Assembly: GCF_006345805.1 (NCBI RefSeq)
Contig: NC_042997.1
Coordinates: 64,418,001 to 64,482,000, forward strand
Direction: 5' to 3'
Length of the DNA: 64,000 bases
Source: Octopus sinensis
Lineage: Eukaryota
The stretch's first letter is position 1. Every line of letters begins with the position of its first letter. The translations under genes and the position numbers were made by a program. The notes beneath the pieces are model-generated. The model saw nothing but the letters and a program-made list of their open reading frames with translations. It did not search any database and was not told the origin of the DNA. Of the stretch, positions 52,229 through 64,000 are shown piece by piece.

Positions 52229-52765
52229 GTACCAGGCAGTGGCTCTCATGGCTTCTGATCTTAACTGATTGGAAGTGTTATCACGTACATTGTTTTGTCT
52301 TGGTATAAAAGATGGGTTACAGCAAATATTCTGCTCAATACCACATATTTGCTTGTCAGTTGTTTGACCTTAACCAGTTGAGCATGTCCTTTAGTGGCTG
52401 ACTATATGTGCATCTCTCATCACGAGCAGAAGTAGTGAGGGAGCATCATAGCCATGTGTTGAATAATTTGGGGTTGAATAATTCACCTCTGGAAACATGG
52501 GTGGTTCTTTCAACATCCTTAAACAACCCTTATTCAAGGACCTTTTGAGCGGGATGGGCTACTCAACCTGAAGAAATTTCTAACTGGGCCCCACCTGCAA
52601 GGTCATGTGCTGTTTATCTTGATATGAGATCACCATGTCGCCCACATATGGTTGTGATGCATGTGCCTGGTGTACCCTTATCAGACGGGTAGTCATGATG
52701 TGTATATTGTTCTTCGTATATTTTACCCCAGTGTCACTTTGATGGCATGCACTGCTCTCTGACTC
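52227..52765 (+). mobile_element. ~540-bp (AAT)n-embedded element, copy 3
   Basis: I counted only about 4 differences from copy 2. Confidence 0.8.
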
Positions 52766-52793
52766 AATAATAATAATGATAATAATAATAATA

Positions 52794-52871
<78 letters not shown>

Positions 52872-52872
52872 G

Positions 52873-52945
<73 letters not shown>

Positions 52946-52981
52946 GAAGAAATGGAAGCAAATTTGAAACAAGAAAAAAAA

Positions 52982-53043
<62 letters not shown>

Positions 53044-53045
<2 letters not shown>

Positions 53046-53280
53046 GTGGGGGAGCATCATAGCCGTGTGTTGAAAGGAATTCTTGGAGGTTTGGATAATT
53101 CACCTTTGGAAACATGGGTGGTTCGTTTAACATCCTTAAACAATCCATATTCAGGGACCTTTTTAGCGGGATATGCTACTCGACCAGAAGAAAATTCTAA
53201 CTGGGCCCTACCTGCAAGGTTATGCGCTGGTTATCTTGCTTTGAGATCACCATGCCGCGCACATATGGTTGTGATGCATA
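53044..53280 (+). mobile_element. Partial copy 4 of the (AAT)n-embedded element
   Basis: Starts mid-element (AAGTGGGGGAGCATCATAGCC) directly after (AAT)n and is also truncated at the right end. Confidence 0.75.
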
Positions 53281-54130
53281 TGTCTCCATCAACGAAAACA
53301 AAGAAACAAAGAAAGTCGAGTTAACATTTTCCAAGCGACAGCGATCGCGGATCATATTTTACAGTGTGTGTGTGTGTGGTATAATCTACAATACTCCCCG
53401 AAATCTGAAAACTAATGGGGCAGGAAGAGAATTCAGGAAAATGGGCAAACATTACTTAAGCTTCTTTCAACACAAATATATTTTCATGCACATATTGAAA
53501 TCTTGCTAAAGAGCAATGTTTTGGGTGGCTGTTCCAAAGAGCATTGCCTATATAACATCTAACCACTGGAGATTATTCTTCATAATCTTGTAAATTACCA
53601 TTGAAAATAAGTGATGTAAAATCGTGTAATTTCCGAGTGAACATCAACAGCTATGTTTCTAGCTCGCCCCATAAACAATCACTTCCAGCTTATCGCAGAA
53701 ATGTTCGGGCTGGAAACAGAAACACGATTTATATCATGTCGCAAATTTATGCCACCCCCACCCCCACACACACATCCGCACACACACACACACACGAACA
53801 CAAATACACACACGGTGACAAAATCAGATACAATTTTACAAGAAGCCAGATTTAGAAGTCGGACAATAAAACCGAATCAAGTATTCTGGAAAATCACCAT
53901 GGAAACTGAAATATTACACAGTTATCAACAACTGATAAACCAATGACAATGACAGACAACTTGACAAGCCATCAAGTTTGAAGGAAAATCAACTTTAACG
54001 TTAGCAGAAGTGGACAAAAAATATAAATCTGAGTGTATGTATGTGAATGAATACATATATATATGTCTGGGCGCGAGCTTGTGCCTTCATTGCATATATG
54101 CGTGTCTTATACATACATACATACATACAT

Positions 54131-54211
<81 letters not shown>

Positions 54212-55758
54212 CGTATATACATATATATATATATACATATATTATATGTATATCTATCTATATGTATACATATATATATATATAGATAGACATTGATATA
54301 GATATACATACATATATGCATATATAGATATACAGACAGATTCACGATGATATATGATTACATATATATCAAATGACAAATTAAATTAACAAATTATATT
54401 GTATTGTCATGCATGTAAACATCATATTTCACAACGATATCACGACAATTCACATTTTTTCGTTCTTTACATATAGCACCTTGCATGTTTATTTACCTTC
54501 TAGTTTTGTTTCACTTGTTCATCAGAGAACAAATTGCATGTCAAGTTTCTTGTAAATTCTTAACAGAAATGCTAATCATAATAACTATATTTTTCTTATC
54601 AAGATTTTGTAATCTTTTTGTTATACGACGCTGATTGCTGTTTGTCTGTGATTCTTAGTATACGTCAAAATATTACTACGAATACGGAAAGACTTTTATA
54701 GTCGTATTTGTTGGAATACATATAAAATCATTTTGATAAGCATGTTTACAAATAGCTACACATGGAGGTATCAATTTCTCTTGAGTTTAAGTCTAATCTA
54801 AATTGACAAATACATAACTCTGGTTGATTGAATGGCTGGAATGTCAGTTTAAGTTACAAAATGAATTTGGATCTGTTTCTACCAGTAACACTTCACAATA
54901 ATGAAATATGCTTATTGATACAATATTGATATAGACATGTACACACGCCATCACACGCGCAGACAGGTACATACATAGGTATGTATGAATGTATATCAAC
55001 ATAGTTTTCCCCACAGAATCGACATCGGTGGACCATATTTCTTATCTTTAATTAGGATGCTGATGTAATCAGAATTGTCATTTTGTTACAGTCATTTTCA
55101 ATATCGTCACTACTGGATGGAACAAACGTTTTATGACATTAATGTTATTTATATGTACGTTTAATGCAAAATTACATGCTAAACTATTTACACATACAAC
55201 ACGACACAATAATAGCATCACTTTAATATGTTATTCCCATTTCTTACAGACTTTGGCCCCAAATTAACAACAGACTGCAGGTTGTTAATCAATACATTAT
55301 TTTGATACATCTGGATGCGTGTAGGTTCATCTTCGATAATATGCTCATTTGTAGTTTATAGCAAAAAAATACAGAAGAGAAGTGAAAAAATATAGGAAAA
55401 AAAGGAAGCTGCACGTATAATACGTAACTTAGAAGCAGAGCGACTGAGGTACCAGCACACACGAGATTGAGATATGGCCGACCTCACGCACTTCTCAGCA
55501 AGAATTCTGGAAGGAGCATCGTAAGACCACTGCTGAGACACTTCCAAAAAATAAAAAAGAAAAGGCGTTAGAAAATCGATCATAGTAGCAACTCCGTGTA
55601 AGAATATCTGAATTAGGAATATTAATCTGAAATACCATATCAGACTATGGATGAGTAAATTACAACTGGTATATAGCCCATTGTATGTATTATACTGCAT
55701 TGTTATACCATTCAAAACCTTATTCTTTACAACCAATATACAACGCTTCAAGCGAACT

Positions 55759-55790
<32 letters not shown>

Positions 55791-55792
<2 letters not shown>

Positions 55793-56850
55793 GGAGTTGG
55801 ACAAAATAATGGAAACAGCAAGCATCAAGGCATCATAATTTTGAAATATCTCTAAAACAGTCAAAAGCTTGATTATTTATTTATGATTTTGATTTATTAT
55901 TAGTGTTGCTTCATATGTTTTGCTAAAATTGCTGTTTCTTTTCAGATATCGTATGACAAAAAGGGTAATTAAAATGCATAAAAATGACATCTATCGGAAT
56001 TTCAGAGCAGTCAAATTATTAGCGCTCGTATGGCAGGCGCTAGCGTAACGAAAACACCCGAAATGTTTGGTTTATCAAACTATACTATCTCGAAAGAAAT
56101 GACAGGCTTTCAGAAAGAGGGGAAAAACTCCTCGTCGAAGAAAACGAAAACTTTCAGATAGGATCACAAAAGTAAAACTCCGAAAATTACTGCAGAGTTT
56201 AATGACCACCTCCAGAACCCAGTTTCCACTAAAGGTTTTTGTCTGGAGCTGCGCAAAGCTGGATTTCACTGGAGGGTTGCAATCAGAAAACCACTACTTT
56301 CAAAAACAAACGTTGCAAAGTGTTTACGGTGGAGTAGAACTATACAGAATTGGTCCCTAGAGCAGTGGAAGAATGTTATTTTCTCGGGCGAGTCCTTTAC
56401 CTTATTTCCAACCACCAACCGAGTATACGTTGGGAAACAGACAAAAGAAGCATTTGACCCAGACTGCTTTCTTTCAACTGTTAAACGTGGAGGAGGATCT
56501 GTGACAATCTGGGGGAGGGACTATATCTTTGATATCTCCCGGCCCAATGATTTCCCTTCATGGCAGAATTAATAGTGAAGACTATTTAAGCATTTTATCT
56601 GATGAAATTCATCCTATGGTTGCGGAACTGTGTCCGGATGGAAACGGAATCCTTCCGGAAGTTAATGCACCAATTCACACAGCTAAAGTTGTTACTTAAT
56701 AGCACGAGAAACATTCCAGTGAAGTTAAACATCTACTCTGGCTACCACAGTCCCCAGATCTGGACATATTACTGAACATTTTTGGTTCATCTTAGTAAAA
56801 AACGTAAGGAGTCAATATCCTCCATTGCTGCCAAATGTGGTCCTACTCCA
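55791..56850 (+). mobile_element. Degenerate Tc1-like transposon (right TIR not found)
   Basis: Left TIR-like CAGGAGTTGGACAAAATAATGGAAACA after (TA)n. Motifs 'VIFSGES-FTLFPT', 'TVKRGGGSVTIW', 'NAPIH', 'WLPQSPDLDI'. Confidence 0.78.
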
Positions 56851-57170
56851 TATGAAAATAAATTATCATATAGTTGCAATGTTAAAGCTCACGCTCATCA
56901 ACATAGACATTTGAATTAAGTAATTTACAATCCAGCCGTCCTTTCACACGGACTTTTTTATGTCTTTAAACCAAAGCTCTGAAGATATATATATATAAAT
57001 TTACATGAAATGTTTATAACTCAAATCATGTATATAAGGTGAAACAAAACGTTGGCTCTTTTGTTTTTTTAATAAATTTTAATGTTATATTATATTCATA
57101 GCTTATATTATATAAAATAGATAAATTATTGGATTGTCAATTGAATCTCTAATTAATTTATTGTTTATAA

Positions 57171-57209
<39 letters not shown>

Positions 57210-57380
57210 CACATGTATACACATGCATAAATAATTATATATGCATAAATATATACATATATATATAAACATATATACATATATAAGCATAAATTATATA
57301 TTTATATCTACGTATATATATATATATGTTTATGTATATATATATATATATATACCCATATTATAGAAGTATATATATTT

Positions 57381-57447
<67 letters not shown>

Positions 57448-57611
57448 CCGAAATTGTGAGGATGATCCGGTTCTTGACTGAGGATAGAAGCTTCGAATGA
57501 CCCATCCTTGTTTTTTTGTATCGTCTATCTGGATGTTTTGTTGTCCCTTTTTGTGTTACCTAGTTGTCCGGATGTTTTGCGTTCTTGTCCCATTTTGTAT
57601 TTTATATATAT

Positions 57612-57649
<38 letters not shown>

Positions 57650-57729
57650 ATACCTCTGAGGAAATTCGTTAGACTCAGGTTATATACCGAAACAGCTTCT
57701 AGCCTACTCTGCCATATCGGTATTCGAAC

Positions 57730-58879
57730 AGGGAAACAGATCCCTCGCAGTCAACTATCGCCCAATCTCGCTCCCCTTCCACATCATTAAAGTGTTTGAA
57801 AGAGCGTTAAGATCAAGGATAGCTGACTTCCTGGAGACCCCCAAACTCCTAAATGCAAATCAGCATGGGTTTCGCTGTGGCAGGGACTGTCTAACACAGC
57901 TCTTGCACCACATTGAAGATATACTCAAAGCCTTGGGAACAGGTTCGAACGCCGATGTCATATATCTTGACTTCAGTAAAGCGTTCGACAGGGTTGACCA
58001 TAATATCCTACTCTCAAAATTGGCAAAGTTTGGAATCCGTGGAAAACTTCTACACTTGATTAAGTATTTCCTGGCGAATAGAACACAACATGTTGTAGCC
58101 GATGGAGTCCAGCAAAAGTCACCAGCGGTGTCCCCCAGGGGATTGTCTTGGGCCCGCTACTGTTTATAATTTACATAAACGAACTTTCCAGTGTCGTACA
58201 TTGCTGCAAAGTGAAAATATTTGCTGATGACACTAAGCTCCAACAAATCATCAATGAAGAAGCAGAACGAACTCAACTCCAGTCTGATCTATATGCTGTG
58301 AGTCAATGGGCAGACAGAAACAAAATGCAACTGAACGAGGGAAAATTTGAGCTGATGCATTTTGGAAGGAATCCCTCACTAAAACAGCCATATTCTCTTC
58401 CTTCAGGAGACCCGCTCAGAGTCTCTAACAATATCAGAGACCTGGGTGTAACTGTTGATGACGATCTCAGTTGGAGTACACACATCAACAATAAGGTCGA
58501 TATAGCTCGTAGGATGAGTTCCTGGATCTTAAGAACTTTCCAGTCCAGAGAACAAGGTGTCATCATACCACTATTCTCCTACATGTACACTGCAACATAA
58601 TTTCTTTTCCTCAACAGGCCCTGCCCTATTTAACATTGTCCCGAAAGAGATCAAAGAGGAAAAGGATCCCATCAATTTTAAACGGAGTCTGGATAGATTC
58701 CTTCAAGGAATACCAGATAAGCCACCCATAATTGGATACAACTCACCCAACAAAAACTCACTACCTGAATGGCCCATAAACAAAATTTGACTTAAACAGC
58801 ATTTAGATAATCCTATCAGGTGGTGCTATTAAGTTAGACATGGCCTGGACCAATCTTTGGTCGAAACATATCTAAGTTT
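57730..58879 (+). mobile_element. 5'-truncated CR1-clade LINE (RT pseudogene, 3' UTR and tail)
   Basis: 'NYRPISL', 'NQHGFR', 'YLDFSKAFDRVDH', 'GVPQG..LGPLLF..YIN', 'IFADDTKL'. Frameshifts and an apparent internal deletion near 58580. Tail ATCTAAGTTT. Confidence 0.9.
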
Positions 58880-58913
58880 ATATATATATATACATATGTA
58901 TAAATATATATAC

Positions 58914-58985
<72 letters not shown>

Positions 58986-59209
58986 TATATACATATGCAT
59001 GTCAATATTCTTAAGTTATTACACTTGGAAAAGTACAGAACAAGATTTCCGTATTAGATTTTGCCTAATTCGTCTCTAAAGGAAAATAGAAAGTACTTGA
59101 AATTAAAATTCTACTGTACATACAATGTTGTAGCTGAGGATAACATCTTTAAGTTTTGATGTATTTTATTCTTTCGTACTCTAAGCACAAAGCCCTAAAT
59201 TTGGTGACA

Positions 59210-59355
59210 GGGAGAAAGTCTATTAGTTCAACTCCAATGCACTACTGGTACTTAATTTATCGACCACGAAAGGATGAAAGCCAAAGTCCACCTCGGCGGG
59301 ATTTGAACTCAGAGCGTAAAGACAGGCGAAATACAACTAATCATTTCGCTCGGTG
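59210..59355 (-). mobile_element. tRNA-derived SINE fragment
   Basis: Reverse complement contains CTGAGTTCAAATCCCGCCGAGGTGGACTTTGGCTTTCATCCTTTCGTGGTCGATAAATTAAGTACCAG. Same family as 60366-60465. Confidence 0.75.
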
Positions 59356-60365
59356 ATGTTCAGCCTTATGAGCTCATATTGAGAAACACTTTTCATATAT
59401 AGCCCCAGTAACTTTTATTATTTTCAGAAAAAAAAATGCAAGTAAAATTATCCAACCCTGTATTTAAATTAAAGAGCTGCTTACTTTTGGAAAAAACATT
59501 ATTTAAAAGATGAAATAAAATGAAATTACTTTTTTAAAAAAAATACAGTAGAAATCACCGATTTAGTCATCCCTAGGAGAAAATTGAAAGTGGCGAATTA
59601 CGAGAAGTAACACATAAGCCAATGTCGAATTAGGCTAATTCTACTGTATTAATGCTAACTAATAATTTTACCTATGAATTATTTGTCAGATTACATTTTT
59701 TTCCATGTGGAAGAATTAACTGAGTATATGGATGATTTGAAACCATTTAATGACCATTATTCTGCAATCAATGTTTGTGTGTGGGATTTCATTTAACGCG
59801 AAAAGAATTTGTGCAATCTCATTTATAACTTCATATTCTGTTGTTTGTACTTGATACAACTTAATAAGATAACTCTTCTAACTGTATATTTCAAAAGACA
59901 TGATTTGGGGAATCTTTTGTTTAAATTTATTTTTGATTATTTTAAATGAAATAAGTTATCTCAAATTTACCTATTATAATGTATTTTAATTTTTAAAATT
60001 TTATTCTCGACTGCAAAATTTCAAGTGTAGTAGAATATTAATTTTAAGTACTTTTTAGTTTCCTTTACAGGCATATTGTACTGTAGAAAGCTTGTTCTGT
60101 ACCTTTCCGAGTGGAATAACTTAAAACTATTAACATGTATGCGCCCGAAGTTTTCGTTTTAATCCACATTTTTTTGCCGGCAATGTAATAAAACTAATAA
60201 ATATTCCCTTGTCAAAAAATATTACAACTATTTTTTATTGTTGATGGCTGAATTCAAATAAGAATGTTATGCTTTATTTTTTTTTTCACATATTGTTTCT
60301 TAAATTCAAGATAAGAAAATTAACCTGGACAGGGTTTTTTTTTACATTTAGCTAATATGAAAATT

Positions 60366-60465
60366 ATCTTCTTTCTGTCTTTACTTTCTGAATTCAAATT
60401 CTGCCGAGGTCGACTTTGGCTTTCATCCTTTCGGGATCGATAAATTAAGTACCAGTTGCATACTT
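60366..60465 (+). mobile_element. tRNA-derived SINE fragment
   Basis: CTGAATTCAAATTCTGCCGAGGTCGACTTTGGCTTTCATCCTTTCGGGATCGATAAATTAAGTACCAG. Confidence 0.75.
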
Positions 60466-61625
60466 TATATTTATTTGCCTGTATATTTATTTCCTTTAAA
60501 GTCAATATTTTTTTAGGAAAATGACAAAAGCAATTATAACTGTAAAAAATACTAGATCCTATATCCTCACTGTATATAAAATGTTTATATTGAAACAAAG
60601 GGCATGATACGAATGCGTCAAAAAAGCAAGTGTGAAAATCCAAGCTGAAAAATAATTTTCAATATAATAGTTAAGATTAATGTAATACTAATTTTATTAT
60701 AAAATCAAGATATAAATCAGTTATATCTATATATAAGAAGAGCTAGCAAGAAGAGTTACAAGAATATGCCAAATATATAGTAAGAAGGGAATCTAATGTT
60801 GACCTTAAAAATATTCTCACTCTACCCTGAAAAACATATATATATATATACATATATATATGATCACACGAACACAAGCACACTTACACACGAAAAGAGA
60901 ATGGATTTTAATTTTAGTATCTATTGTAATACACAACATACCGTTTTGTTAATTATCTATATCCTTATTATCTTTATTATCATACTTTTCTTTTCTTTTT
61001 ATAGAGCTAAACACGATGATTAAGAGGAAAATTATCACTTCTAAAACATACGTGATACTTTCACTTATTCATTTCAAATTTATGTATTTTATCTTTTATT
61101 AAATTATGATTAATAACCAACCAACACGAAGTCCCAAAAGCATCCAAATAATTTAATTAATATCAATTAATTCCATAGAAACTTGATTGATTTATTAATT
61201 TTGAATAATTATAAACCAATAAACTCGTACTGTACCTGGAGAGAATGTATCTCTCTCTTGAAAAAGATACTTCAATGAATTTGAATACTAACATTATTTC
61301 ATAGATATCTGGACTGAGAAATTTATATTTTCCTTGTGGGAACACAAGCTTTAAACGATGAAGATTGTTTTGATTTAAATAACAAAAATCCATTTAGCTT
61401 CAGCAAACATCACGTGAGTTTAATAAAACTTTAACAAAAAACATACCTAAAGAAGACATTTATGATTTATTTCTATTTTGCAACATGTAAAAAACGTTGT
61501 TTTTGAAACTATATGTCAATATGGTCAGCGTGATATATTAAAGTGTTTTAACACCCATTTGGTTTTTAGATCTAAATGTTGCACTGAAGTTATAGCATGT
61601 GCATGGTAGGACAAGTTTGTGTGTG

Positions 61626-61858
<233 letters not shown>

Positions 61859-64000
61859 GGTAGAACAGATCTCAACAATCAAAGCAGACACCAATAAACG
61901 CATGTAAAATACATATGCAGGATAATTTCTCGTGTGCGACAAGCAGATGCAAATGTCCGAAGAATTTCGAGGAATTTAGAGTATTACTCGTAAAAATACG
62001 TGAACACTCACACACGCAAACAAAGAAACAAACACACACACATACATATGCGTGTGTTTGCACATGTGTTTGTATGTGTGTGAATTCATGTGTGTCTGTA
62101 TGTGTGCAAACAACACCGACAACGTAATTGTCTAGAGAAGCAATACTCGTAAAAAAAATTTATATTCTCATAATTACAATCCTCCCTCATATGAACGTTA
62201 GATATAGAGCTAATATCCTGAAATCATAATCATATTTTAGTAAATTGTTGTATGATTTTAATGTCACATAACGTGTCGTTATCACTTTGCACTGACGTCC
62301 GGCTGTTTGCCCTCATTTAAAGGTTATGAAACTGTAAGTAAGAAAATACTTATTTTACGAACTAAAGAGAAATATGATACCAAATGGAAGAAGGAGATTA
62401 TACTTTTGGTGAGTTATAAATTTCAATAATGCTTGATCACAGTCATTCATAATCATTGGCGTTGTGGTATGTGAGAACCCTTTTGCATTTTATTATGTAG
62501 GATTAATGCCTGACTGATGAATTTTAAAATCTTGTGACAAACTCATTCGAATGGAGATCGTAGTCGATGATTTTATTACGATTACCATTATTGAGACATA
62601 TGACTTTATTACAAAGTGCTTTCTGTTTAACCATGAAACGTCACTCATGTACCTTAGAGTTGAATTTTGACCTGATAAAATAAATGAGAATTCTCTGGAA
62701 GTGAATTAATTATTTAAAATATTGAACATCTGAAAACTGTTAGGCAATACTACGCAGTGTATTTTAAAAGATAGTTTTAAAAGACAATAATAAAAAATAA
62801 TGATAATAATAATAATAATAATAATATATGATAATCATAACGATAATGATGATAATAATAATAATAATAATAATAATAATATAAAATTATAATAATAATA
62901 ATAATAATAAGAAGAAGAAGAAGAATAAGAAGAAGACGAATTTGAAGAAGAGAAGAATTTAAGAAGAAGAAGAAGAATAAAAAATAAGAATAAGAATATA
63001 AGAAGAAGAAGTGAAGAAGAAGAAGAAGAAGAAGAAGAAGAATAAGAAGGAAGAAGAAGAAGACAGAAGAATAGAAGAAGAGGAAGTGGAAGAGGCGGAG
63101 GAAATTACAGCTGAAGAAGGAGATATAGAGGAGTAATGAAAAATTTCAGATTGTGATCTAAACTGAACTATAATATAACTGAGTCCCTTCGCATGCACAA
63201 AACCACATGCGTATCATGTACTAAATTATATATGTTGGGAAATATATTCTATAACCTTTCATATCACGCTCTCTGTTCATTTTTTTCTGATGATGGAATG
63301 ATAACAGTTTCTATTTATCTAAAATCGATGTCAGTGGATTAAAGGCGTTGTAAAACATGCACTTTGTACTGCCATGCACGCATAACGATCTTAATCGACG
63401 GCAGCAAATGGAAGTGAGGTCCCTTTCTCTTTGAAATCATATTACACAAAATACGGCATAAGCCATGCACTCTTACTTAATTCGTAAGGAAAAAAATACT
63501 TTCTTTCTATGGCAGAAATTATTCGCACACAAACGTATCAAAATACTTGATCCCGAGACAATAGGGGATCGAATAACGAAATGTTTATATGAAAGTAAAA
63601 CGCTCAACAAATACGTGTTGCACGCATATCGAGTAAAGTTCAGCTGCAGGATCTACTTTCACTTATGTCACAAGCTTTGTTAAAGATTGTATATCACATT
63701 AATCAAACTTTTCCTGATCACATTCTGAAAATGATTCCTTTTGAAATTACTTACATTGCACCAAACATCCCAGCAGATCAAAAGTATTCTACGCGTCTCA
63801 AATACATATATATGCTTCATGATTCTCTATACTGAATTCACTACATTTCATATATTCCTTGTAAAGATAATGTTTAGGAGGAGCCAATCGAATACAACTA
63901 TTCAAATAACCATAGAAACTGATAAGAGAAACAAAGGTTTATATCTTGCCATCTGTCCAGTTAAAGTTTCAAATTAAAGATTATTGATGACTGGTAGTCA

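Noticed and set aside
54495-54530. Minus-strand CTGATGA-ACAAGT-GAAAC
   Set aside because: Helix III and helix I cannot pair; chance match.
57470-57705. CTGAGGA motifs at 57478 and 57656 with downstream GAAT or GAAACAGCT
   Set aside because: The first lacks GAAA. The second lacks a helix II closure and a complete helix III palindrome. At most very decayed relics.

Overview
This is AT-rich eukaryotic non-coding DNA, dense in microsatellites and transposon remnants. The tRNA-derived SINE families look like those I know from Octopus genomes, so the source is probably a cephalopod (recognition, not a database hit). I recognise no intact host gene; a few well-formed candidate + strand exons lie at 34.5-37.1 kb. 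Elements present: four dead Tc1/mariner-superfamily elements with both TIRs plus one truncated Tc1; a full-length but inactivated RTE LINE (3,961 bp, 13-bp TSD) inserted into a SINE; CR1-type and R4/Dong-type LINE fragments; two Penelope GIY-YIG remnants; a ~540-bp element sitting in (AAT)n; and several foldback/MITE-like palindromes. The main unexplained signal is at least 12 type I hammerhead ribozyme (HHR) motifs from five unrelated sequence families. Nine lie in two adjacent tandem arrays (557-bp and ~472-bp units, 9,992-14,800). Both arrays have the same divergent inverted layout and are anchored in (TA)n. Three more HHRs are solo copies, and one further motif is degenerate. Each family has a different but perfectly palindromic helix III, and four of five have a mismatch at the base of helix II. 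This fits retrozyme-like / Penelope-associated self-cleaving RNA elements. Ribozyme activity, circRNA production and the insertion mechanism are inferences that need testing.
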